64,000 nucleotides of DNA, taken from a virus. The DNA is taken from the IMG/VR virus record IMGVR_UViG_3300038299_000184, positions 1 through 64,000 of that record; one strand, written 5' to 3'. Of this stretch, positions 55,683 to 64,000 are shown piece after piece. Position numbers and translations under genes: made by a program. The stretch's first letter is position 1; each line of letters opens with the position of its first letter. The notes under the pieces are model-generated. The model worked only from the letters and a program-made list of their open reading frames with translations, had not been told where the DNA came from and did no database searches.

Positions 55683-56036
55683 ATGGAAAACGAATATACA
55701 GAAACTAAACCGACCCTATACGCAAAGAGGGATTTAGAGGAACTTGGTGGGCATTACCTAAAGCATCTGAATGCTATGACCTCAGAGCAACTACATTCAA
55801 AATCCGATATTGCAGCAGAACTAGCCGCAAGGGATGTCGTGATTGAGGATCTGACCCCCGCCAGCACTACACAAGCAACTACATCCGATGACTACACCGA
55901 GGACGATAAACTATCCAACGATATCGAAATGATTTTGTCGAATTATAGGTATGCACTCGATCTTTATGGTGAACTAGATTGGGACAAACGCGAAGCATTT
56001 GTGAATAAAATTAAAGCACTAATCAAAAAAAAATAA
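55683..56036 (+). CDS. hypothetical protein
   Basis: ORF track. Confidence 0.6.
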   Translation: MENEYTETKPTLYAKRDLEELGGHYLKHLNAMTSEQLHSKSDIAAELAARDVVIEDLTPASTTQATTSDDYTEDDKLSNDIEMILSNYRYALDLYGELDWDKREAFVNKIKALIKKK

Positions 56037-56039
56037 ATT

Positions 56040-57101
56040 ATGGAACAAGCAACAATTCAAGAGATCCTAGAGATCAACGAACACCCTAATGCAGATGCAC
56101 TCGAACTGGCAACAATTCTTGGCTGGCAAGTAGTGATCAAAAAGGATCAATTCAAAGTAGGTGATAAAGTGGTGTACGTAGGACTCGATTCTATTCTACC
56201 ACCACACGAAGCATTCGAATTCCTAGCCAAACAGAAGTACCGCATCAAGACGGCTAAACTCCGTGGTGAGATGTCCTATGGTATTGTGTTCAGTATGGGT
56301 ACATTGATTAATGTCGCTATTGAGCAATATCGTAGAGACCATCTCATATCTTTAGATGTACCAGTGGGTCATGATTTCGACCACATCAACATTGGTGATG
56401 ATGTCACCGAGGTTATGGGTGTTAAGAAGTACGAGAAGCCTGTTCCTAAGTGTCAAGATGCTAAAGGTGGTTTCCCTACCACAATTCTTCGCAAGACTGA
56501 TGAGGAGCGTGTACAGAACATTCCACACATCCTTGACGAGATTGGTGACCGTGAGATCTACATCACTGTAAAGGCTGATGGTAGCTCACTAACAGTTCTT
56601 AAGGTGGATGATGAACTGTCAGTATGTTCCCGTAACCTGCTACTGAAGGAGCCAGAAAGTATCCATTCAGCTTCCAACTTCTGGGCTGTTACATATAAGT
56701 ATGGTTTGGATGAAATCCCTAGTGGTTACTATGTACAGGCAGAACTTATCGGACCTAGCATCCAAAGCAACCCACATGGTGTTGATAGTTTGGAGATTCG
56801 TGTATTCAACGTAGGAATCATTCGTAAGGGTAACACACAGTTGCCATTGGATTATGATGACATGGTCACTTTCTGTAACTACCACAACCTTCCTATGACT
56901 GAACTTGTATATCGTGGTAAGAAGAACTTCGAGACTATTGATGACCTTGAGGAGATTGCCAATGCTGTTAGATACGAGAACGGTAAGATCGGTGAAGGCG
57001 TTGTTATCCGCTACACTGAATCCGAAGATGATTTCAAGATGCAAAAACCCTTAAGTTTCAAGATGATTAGCCCTAAGTATGCATTGAAGCATGGTGAATA
57101 A
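56040..57101 (+). CDS. RNA ligase, DRB0094 (Rnl5) family
   Basis: HPNADALE N-terminal OB domain, KTDEERVQN, KADGSS, EGVV, SFKMIS. Confidence 0.9.
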   Translation: MEQATIQEILEINEHPNADALELATILGWQVVIKKDQFKVGDKVVYVGLDSILPPHEAFEFLAKQKYRIKTAKLRGEMSYGIVFSMGTLINVAIEQYRRDHLISLDVPVGHDFDHINIGDDVTEVMGVKKYEKPVPKCQDAKGGFPTTILRKTDEERVQNIPHILDEIGDREIYITVKADGSSLTVLKVDDELSVCSRNLLLKEPESIHSASNFWAVTYKYGLDEIPSGYYVQAELIGPSIQSNPHGVDSLEIRVFNVGIIRKGNTQLPLDYDDMVTFCNYHNLPMTELVYRGKKNFETIDDLEEIANAVRYENGKIGEGVVIRYTESEDDFKMQKPLSFKMISPKYALKHGE

Positions 57102-57640
57102 TATATTAACAATTTACTTAATTGGGTGTGGTGCAGCATTTCTGGTGTATCTCATTGGGACTATTTTTGATGACAGAAAATATTGGAATATCACAATCGG
57201 TAAACTATTAGGGGAGATATTACCATCACTCGTGGCATCATTATTCAGTTGGGTATTTTTTATACTTTACTTCGCTTATATTATAGCTGAACATATAAAA
57301 CCTTTAATTAAAAAACTACAGAAGTTAAAATGTCTCGATATTGTTATATTTAAACAGAAGAAATCCGATGAATGAAAGACCCGAACCACGAGCGTAATTT
57401 AGTTGACAAGAAGTTCTTAGAGGACTATCTTGATGCATACGAGCGCGGCTTCACACTACAAGTGAGAAGCAGTGGTTTGTGGTTTGATCTAGAAACACGA
57501 GGGTATATTTACGTCAGCTATGTGGCTGACATTTTCAACGGGAATAGTAAAGAGTGGTGCCTAATGACACCAATTGGTAAATTCTTCAGAAACAATATTC
57601 GAATCAAATTTGACGAGGTTGATATCCTCAATGAAATATA

Positions 57641-58048
57641 ATGCATAAATTACTACAAGAGTTGTTCCCTAAAGGGTTCACCAGCGAAACGCCAGACCCA
57701 GATTGGAATAATGGTGACTGTAACTTTCAAACTTACTACTATGATAGGTTCTCAAAGGGTAAGGCATTAGTGGTATGTGTTACTGAGGAATTTGGTGTGT
57801 ACCAAGTTAGTGTAGATAACCTAGATGTATACAACAAATCGTCACAATGTCCTATCCATTTTATACTCACAGAGGAGCAGACTGTGCTTAAGAACGCTAT
57901 CCGTAAAGTTCTACCAAAGGCTATTAAATACCTAGGAACTAAAGAAGGTGCTAGACATAGTAACACAGATTGGTATAATGCAAATTACTTCGACGAGGTA
58001 CTTAGTTCCGACTATATGCACCACCAGAGAAATAAATTATTTAAATAA
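57641..58048 (+). CDS. hypothetical protein
   Basis: ORF track. Confidence 0.6.
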   Translation: MHKLLQELFPKGFTSETPDPDWNNGDCNFQTYYYDRFSKGKALVVCVTEEFGVYQVSVDNLDVYNKSSQCPIHFILTEEQTVLKNAIRKVLPKAIKYLGTKEGARHSNTDWYNANYFDEVLSSDYMHHQRNKLFK

Positions 58049-58051
58049 ATT

Positions 58052-58774
58052 ATGAAATTTTTAATGAAATATGTAGGGGGTTCACAGCTCTATGGTTTAA
58101 ATACCCCAGAATCGGATGTAGACTGGCGTGGTGTTTATCTCAACACCGACCCAGAAAAGATCCTACGGTTTACTGTAGATGAATCTATCAGTACCACTGG
58201 TGGTGATGACGGTAAGGATGACGAGGTCTACTTCGAGCTGTGGCGTTACTTCGATATCCTTCGTAAGACTAACACACAAGCTGTCGAATCACTATTCGTA
58301 AGCCGTGACAAGTTTACAGTGCTTGACCCTATCATGGATCAAATCATCGACAACCCTAGCCAGTTTATCAACTCGGCAAAGCTTGTCGCATCCACCAAGG
58401 GGTATTCATACGGTGAATATCGACTTGCTATGGGTGAAAGAACTGGTAGACTCGGTGGATCACGTAAGGCACAACTTGACAAGTATGGTTTCAGTCCTAA
58501 GAACGTCTGTCAGATGATCCGTCTGTCAAGAGGTCTCCAGTTCTTCCAAGATACTGGAGTATTCCCTCTAGACCTTAAAGACCATCTACCAGAAGTGTGG
58601 GAGCTTGCATATGAAGTAAAGACACAACCTTCGAACTTTACAGTTGACCAAATCGATAAAATCTGCCTAGAATGCTTAGACCAAGTAAATAAAGTTGAAG
58701 ATCAACTAGGATGGACATTTGATACTAACACCGCTGTTGATATCATGAGGTCTGTATATAAAGAATATTTATAA
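58052..58774 (+). CDS. Pol-beta superfamily nucleotidyltransferase (RlaP-like)
   Basis: GGSQLYGLNTPESDVDWRGVY. Confidence 0.82.
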   Translation: MKFLMKYVGGSQLYGLNTPESDVDWRGVYLNTDPEKILRFTVDESISTTGGDDGKDDEVYFELWRYFDILRKTNTQAVESLFVSRDKFTVLDPIMDQIIDNPSQFINSAKLVASTKGYSYGEYRLAMGERTGRLGGSRKAQLDKYGFSPKNVCQMIRLSRGLQFFQDTGVFPLDLKDHLPEVWELAYEVKTQPSNFTVDQIDKICLECLDQVNKVEDQLGWTFDTNTAVDIMRSVYKEYL

Positions 58775-58775
58775 T

Positions 58776-59552
58776 ATGAAAATAGAACAACATAAGGGAC
58801 TGGATTTACCCGAATATAAAGAGAGCTTTTTCGAAAGGGTCTCTAGTAGTATCAGTAAGAAGTTTATAGTGACCGCTAAACGTGGTAGTAACTTTAAAGA
58901 TTATGAACAATTGTCACCCAATGACAGGGAGTTCCTAGGGTTATATAAAACCCCTTATGCATATGAATTCGATTCAGGTGATGAATCTTTATTCACAGGC
59001 AGGAGTCCATATAAAGATTTCTGGAAACATAATTATCCTGTTCAGTATTTCTTCCGTGATAATGTTAGATATTTCTTCCTTCATATTAAGTGGTCTATCG
59101 AGCGTAAGTATCGCAAACTTAAAAAGGTTTTCAAGAATGAGAATCATCGACACAACAACCTAATACCAAGAGAGTATGAGGATGATACATCCCTGTACGC
59201 CACTGTAATCTTTAAGATGTTTAAGAACTTTGAGAAAGAGTTCGAGCAGGGTCATGTTGACTGGGATTCCATGGAACACACTAGTGACTTCAAGAAGTGG
59301 TACAAGAAGACTAAGTGGCGTATTGAAGTGGTTCTACCTTATATACAAAAGCGAGATGGTGCAACATTTGAACCAATTCGCAACACTAAGAAGGCTGACT
59401 GGGCTGAGATACCCGAAGGTAAGGAAGGTATTTATCGTACCAAATTCCACTACCATTATAGATTCTCTCACTACTGGGAGGCTGTAGAGCTGAACATGGA
59501 GACTAAGATTCTAAAAGAAATCATCGAAAAGCGACAAATGTTCTGGACATAA
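58776..59552 (+). CDS. hypothetical protein
   Basis: ORF track. Confidence 0.7.
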   Translation: MKIEQHKGLDLPEYKESFFERVSSSISKKFIVTAKRGSNFKDYEQLSPNDREFLGLYKTPYAYEFDSGDESLFTGRSPYKDFWKHNYPVQYFFRDNVRYFFLHIKWSIERKYRKLKKVFKNENHRHNNLIPREYEDDTSLYATVIFKMFKNFEKEFEQGHVDWDSMEHTSDFKKWYKKTKWRIEVVLPYIQKRDGATFEPIRNTKKADWAEIPEGKEGIYRTKFHYHYRFSHYWEAVELNMETKILKEIIEKRQMFWT

Positions 59553-59579
59553 CCCAGAAGTGGTGTACACATATAAATC

Positions 59580-60002
59580 ATGACAGGTAAAACAGTAACA
59601 ATCATTCGCGGAGTCTCTGGCTCTGGTAAATCAACTTTCGCAACATTCCTCAAGATGTTGGCGTGTAACGAAACCCGCATCTGCTGTGCTGATGATTATT
59701 TCATCAACGACGAAACAGGTGTGTATGAATTCGACGTAACCAAACTGGGTGCCGCTCACGGTGCGTGTCGATTCAAGTTCAGCAACCTTATCACTGATGG
59801 CGTACCTCACATCATCGTAAACAACACCTCGACTAAGGTTAAGGAGTTCAAGGACTACGCCAAGGAAGCCGAAGATAACGGCTACAGGGTTCACGTAATT
59901 TGCATGGAGAACTTCCATGGTGGTGAGAACGTCCATGGAGTACCAGACGAAGTTCTGTTCAACCAGACCAAAAACCTTAAGAATAGCTTCAAACCTCTCT
60001 AA
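59580..60002 (+). CDS. P-loop polynucleotide kinase-like protein (AAA_33)
   Basis: IRGVSGSGKST, ADDYF, VNNT, NVHGVP. Confidence 0.82.
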   Translation: MTGKTVTIIRGVSGSGKSTFATFLKMLACNETRICCADDYFINDETGVYEFDVTKLGAAHGACRFKFSNLITDGVPHIIVNNTSTKVKEFKDYAKEAEDNGYRVHVICMENFHGGENVHGVPDEVLFNQTKNLKNSFKPL

Positions 60003-60789
60003 CATAATGAAAAAACTATTATTAGTAGTAATGTGTCTATCACTAGTTTCCTGCAATTACTTCGTCTTCTGGAAGGAAGAGATGGAGGTTATCGAAGAGA
60101 TGGATATGAAGCATGTCGGGTTTATAGGTGAGGATAGAATTGTTATAGACCACAAGGGTGAATATTATACGTACAGGCACATTATGGATAATGGTAATGG
60201 TGTATACAAGTTTTTAGTTCATGTTAGTGAAAGGGAACCAGCATATAATGTTTATTCACATAGGCCCACTCCTGCTCCAGCTCTGACGAAATTAATCAAC
60301 GAGTGAAATACATCTGATCCATAGGAAGCGGTTGTTGGAATATGGAAATAGTTCGGTGGCTACCAATACCCAGTAAAACTGAAATTACTCAAACCCGACA
60401 AGGGGGTGGAAAGCCCTGTAATATACAACACTAAAAGTGACAATCCAGATCCACGATGACGGTCTTTAAATCATCATCTTTCACAGATCTCCTAAATAAC
60501 CTCTTTAGGAATTTAGGGGATTTGTCGTATACATACAGACCCAACCGAAGGCGATGAACCAATCTACAGGGAACTTTCTTAGAGTGGAGGTCATGGTGGA
60601 ATAAAGCCCTTGCACCATCTATATCCAAATGTAGGCATTGCATACGAGCATCGTGCCTATACCCACACCAGTCAATATCATCCATTACGGACTGACCATA
60701 TTTTTTGATTATGCGTTTCCTCTCGAAAGATGGCAAGCTTGCACCATCGGATTTTATTTTATACATACCCATCATTGATAATTATATCT

Positions 60790-61281
60790 ATGGGTAAGTT
60801 CGATGATGCAGTTGGTGAGATTTTGTTTCTTTGTGAGAAGAAGCGTAAGCGCAAGACCACAACTAAGAGTAAGGTCGATAAGAAGTCACAAACTAATAGG
60901 AAGACCCGTGCCAAGAATGTTGAGATTTCTGGACACAAGTCTAAGATTATTTCATCAAGTGGTGTTTCTCGCCACACCGCTGAAGCCTCTAGTAAGGAGA
61001 AGTCCGAATCTAAAATTCATAAGTGTAGGGTTGACATCGTTAAAACCACTGGTAAGATAGATGACGCATCGTGTTCATGTAGTGATTACCAATCCCGATT
61101 CAGATACTACCGTAATAAGGAAGGTGTCGGGGCATGGGATACCATTACACCAATCAAGAGCATCTTCGACCCACACACTAAAGAGAAGCCAGAGATTATG
61201 AACCCTGATGGTGCTGGCTACATGTGTAAGCACTTAATAGCGTTCATAACTTATATAGATAATGTCAACAAAGGAACATAA
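60790..61281 (+). CDS. SWIM zinc-finger protein
   Basis: CSCSDY...CKHL. Confidence 0.7.
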   Translation: MGKFDDAVGEILFLCEKKRKRKTTTKSKVDKKSQTNRKTRAKNVEISGHKSKIISSSGVSRHTAEASSKEKSESKIHKCRVDIVKTTGKIDDASCSCSDYQSRFRYYRNKEGVGAWDTITPIKSIFDPHTKEKPEIMNPDGAGYMCKHLIAFITYIDNVNKGT

Positions 61282-61603
61282 ATGGGTACGTGGTATCGAT
61301 TTCGACAGGCACAATAGAAGCACATTCTATTGTACAGAATGTGCTGCATTATGTCTTACCAGTGAACAGGAATATAAGTCTCTTTTAGACCAGAAAGGTT
61401 GTACAAAAGCTAATAGTGATTTTGACGAGTTGTATTTTATAAAATCTAATGTAGAGAGGGGTAAGTGGGTTATGCTTTCCACTTGTATGACTATAACTGG
61501 GTCATGGGATCTAGCATCCACATATACAAGGAAGGGATACCCCGATGTATCAGTGTTTGATAGTTCAGATATAGAGGTTGACTTTACACCATATATTCAG
61601 TAA
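61262..61603 (+). CDS. hypothetical protein
   Basis: ORF track. Confidence 0.5.
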   Translation: MSTKEHKWVRGIDFDRHNRSTFYCTECAALCLTSEQEYKSLLDQKGCTKANSDFDELYFIKSNVERGKWVMLSTCMTITGSWDLASTYTRKGYPDVSVFDSSDIEVDFTPYIQ

Positions 61604-61608
61604 TTTAA

Positions 61609-62517
61609 ATGGTGAGCAGATTCCTTAACACTCGTCTATTATATGTACCTTCACTCAAGCGGTGTGTTAGGTTTAATGAGTTCCGTAACGAACACCTACT
61701 AGCCCTTTACAGAACTACTGATTCCCTGCCAGACTCTATATGTGCCCAGTGGGATATTATTGAGAATTGTATTGTGGATACCGATATAAATGTGGCTGAT
61801 TTAACACTGATTGATGTCTTATTCATATTCCTTGCATGGCGAGTGAATTGTGTTGGCGAGGAATTGGTGTATGGTAATGGTATCGATGATGTTATAGATG
61901 TCACTGAGTGGTTTGGTATATTGGAGGGTGTGGCTAATACAACATTCAAACACACCATGATTTTAGAGGTGAGTGGACTCACTCTGAATTTAGATCTACC
62001 GACATTGAAGGATGATATGGAGATGCAGCGAGTTTTCATGATGGGTGGTAAAGGTTACGATAATCGTGTCAGAGAAAATGCTGCAAGACATACTATTTGC
62101 TCATTAAGATCTGTGAATGACACACCCCTTGAGAGTTACTACGACAAGGAGAGGCTGTTCAACAGCCTACCACCCAAAGACGGTGCGGCCATTTTAAAGC
62201 ACACTACTGAGCAGTTGTATGATGTAATGGACGGTGTTGATATTAACCTAGGGTTGGATAATACAAATGTCAAGTTTGCTTTGGATCTAATACCAGTTCT
62301 CGTGAAGTTTATTTTCTCTGGTAACCCAGAGAGTATTTTACAGGAAAGTCTCTATATATCAAAGAAGTGTAACATAGGTTATGACGATTTTATGAAAATG
62401 TCTCCAATGGATAGTAAACATTTTATTGACTATATGGAGAAAGCGGGTAATGATAATGGCGAACAAGGTAGTGAAGGTGTGGAAGACCTAACCGACGACT
62501 ACTTTAAACAAGTTTAA
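61609..62517 (+). CDS. baseplate hub assembly protein (gp26-like)
   Basis: LTLIDVLFIFLAWR.NCVGE, LPT, MSP.D. Confidence 0.65.
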   Translation: MVSRFLNTRLLYVPSLKRCVRFNEFRNEHLLALYRTTDSLPDSICAQWDIIENCIVDTDINVADLTLIDVLFIFLAWRVNCVGEELVYGNGIDDVIDVTEWFGILEGVANTTFKHTMILEVSGLTLNLDLPTLKDDMEMQRVFMMGGKGYDNRVRENAARHTICSLRSVNDTPLESYYDKERLFNSLPPKDGAAILKHTTEQLYDVMDGVDINLGLDNTNVKFALDLIPVLVKFIFSGNPESILQESLYISKKCNIGYDDFMKMSPMDSKHFIDYMEKAGNDNGEQGSEGVEDLTDDYFKQV

Positions 62518-62518
62518 T

Positions 62519-63793
62519 ATGGGAGATAATAAAAATAAGAAATGTGATCTTTGTAATGAAGATGATTCAAGCGTCAATATCGCACAAGTTTCAACAGACC
62601 CCAGTGTCGTAATTTGTGAGGTGTGTGCAAGGAAAATTAACAATTACTTTATCGAGAAGCGTATCAAAGAGAAGGGTGGTATAATCAGCGATCTACCAGA
62701 TACTGAGGATCTATTCCCCTACGAAATTTCTGAAAAGTTGAGTAACTACATCATTGGCCAAGAAATTGCTAAAGAGAAACTATCAGTTGCGGTGTACAAC
62801 CACTACCTTCGTATTCAAGATGTCGAGGACGGTGAGGAAATGGATAAATCCAACATCCTAGCATTTGGACCTACAGGAACTGGTAAGACACTACTTGCTA
62901 AGACACTTGCTAAGATTCTAGACGTACCGTTTGTGGTCGCAGATGCCACCACAGTGACCGAGGCAGGTTATGTAGGTGAAGATGTCGAGAATATCGTACT
63001 AAAGCTCCTACGGGAGGCTGACGGTGATGTTGAGAAGGCTGAACGTGGCATCATCTATATTGACGAGATCGATAAGATTGGTTCAAAGAATGGTAGTACT
63101 TCAATTACTCGTGACGTATCGGGTGAAGGTGTTCAACAGGCTTTGCTTAAGATTATCGAAGGTACTGAATGTAATGTACCCGAAGGAGGTGGTCGTAAGC
63201 ATCCAAATCAGAATTACATCACAATCGATACATCCAAAATTCTTTTCATCTGTGGCGGTGCATTCGTAGGTCTTGATAAGATCATCGAGAAACGTCTCAC
63301 AGACAAATGTGAAACAGCCAACACCCGATTAGGGTTTGGTGCCGAAATGACCAGAGCGGGTTCTGTTGATCCCCTTAAAGGAATTGATAATATTTATGAA
63401 TATGCAGAACCAGCAGACATGTATAAGTTCGGACTCATTCCAGAATTCATCGGGCGACTCCCCGTATTCTGCCCTTTGAAAGAACTCACTCGTGATGATC
63501 TTATACGTATCATCACAGAGCCGTCCAATAACATCCTCACACAGTTCGAGAAGATCTTCACCAAGAGTAATATTGACATGAAGATTTCACCATCTGCCAT
63601 GGAAGCAATTGCTGATGAAGCCATCTTGAAGAAGACAGGGGCACGAGGGTTGCGTAGTATCTTTGAGCGTGTTTTCCACAACATCATTTACAACATTCAT
63701 GAGTACGTCAATGCTGATTCCATTACCATCACTAAGAACACCGTTATGAAGGGCGCAAAGCCTCGTATTAAATACCCTAAAAAGGTAGGTTAG
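62519..63793 (+). CDS. clpX: ClpX ATPase
   Basis: CxxC...ICEVC zinc domain, GPTGTGKT, GYVGEDVE, IDEIDK, RDVSGEGVQ, RKH, LGFG, GARGLR. Confidence 0.96.
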   Translation: MGDNKNKKCDLCNEDDSSVNIAQVSTDPSVVICEVCARKINNYFIEKRIKEKGGIISDLPDTEDLFPYEISEKLSNYIIGQEIAKEKLSVAVYNHYLRIQDVEDGEEMDKSNILAFGPTGTGKTLLAKTLAKILDVPFVVADATTVTEAGYVGEDVENIVLKLLREADGDVEKAERGIIYIDEIDKIGSKNGSTSITRDVSGEGVQQALLKIIEGTECNVPEGGGRKHPNQNYITIDTSKILFICGGAFVGLDKIIEKRLTDKCETANTRLGFGAEMTRAGSVDPLKGIDNIYEYAEPADMYKFGLIPEFIGRLPVFCPLKELTRDDLIRIITEPSNNILTQFEKIFTKSNIDMKISPSAMEAIADEAILKKTGARGLRSIFERVFHNIIYNIHEYVNADSITITKNTVMKGAKPRIKYPKKVG

Positions 63794-63830
63794 TGTTTGA
63801 CACACCACGTTAGTCATGTTATCGTCTTGT

Positions 63831-64000
63831 ATGAATTTATTACTAGGTGATATACATGGCAACGTCAAAGTTCTCTTGAAGTATATACACAGGGAATATG
63901 CCAAAGGCGGTACGATATACCAGATAGGGGATTTCGGTGTGTTTGATCTGGATGATCCGTATACCGAGGCAATCACTGAGGAGGATTTGGATGACATCAA
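63831..64000 (+). CDS. metallophosphoesterase (partial, runs off the window)
   Basis: MNLLLGDIHGN...QIGDFG. Confidence 0.75.
   Translation, partial: MNLLLGDIHGNVKVLLKYIHREYAKGGTIYQIGDFGVFDLDDPYTEAITEEDLDDI

Noticed and set aside
1-64000. CRISPR array
   Set aside because: No regularly spaced repeats. The 36-bp repeat has only two copies about 900 bp apart.
1-64000. Stop-codon reassignment
   Set aside because: Core genes are full length in the standard code, all three stops are used, and there is no clear suppressor tRNA.

Overview
This is a 64-kb segment of a large, AT-rich T4-like (Tevenvirinae-related or jumbo) myophage using the standard genetic code. Positions 1-15 kb form an RNA island. 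It holds 18 canonical tRNAs, a tmRNA (tag ...DENTVALAA), several remodelled tRNA-like or multi-stem ncRNAs, two paralogous HNH endonucleases, a Mom-like gene and small accessory ORFs. Positions 16-46 kb carry head, neck, baseplate and packaging genes scattered on both strands (gp17, gp53, gp4, gp20, gp21, gp15, gp14, gp22, gp23, gp16), plus primase, Dda helicase, PspA, NMNAT and Nudix. Positions 45-64 kb carry NAMPT, glycan enzymes, a large RNA-repair kit (HAD, metallophosphoesterase, Rnl1, Thg1-like, DRB0094-type ligase, RlaP-type nucleotidyltransferase, kinase), gp26 and ClpX. The main finding is that two tRNA operons each start with a sigma70 promoter, a short leader peptide, an antiterminator/terminator pair and then tRNA genes, and the leader codons match the downstream tRNAs. 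The run QQQYQPQPYP precedes tRNA-Tyr/Pro/Gln, and a Ser/Trp/Cys-rich leader precedes tRNA-Trp/Ser/Ser/Cys. This looks like ribosome-stalling attenuation that switches on phage tRNAs when the cognate host tRNAs are depleted or cleaved. All calls come from reading the sequence and recognising motifs by eye. No searches or folding programs were run.
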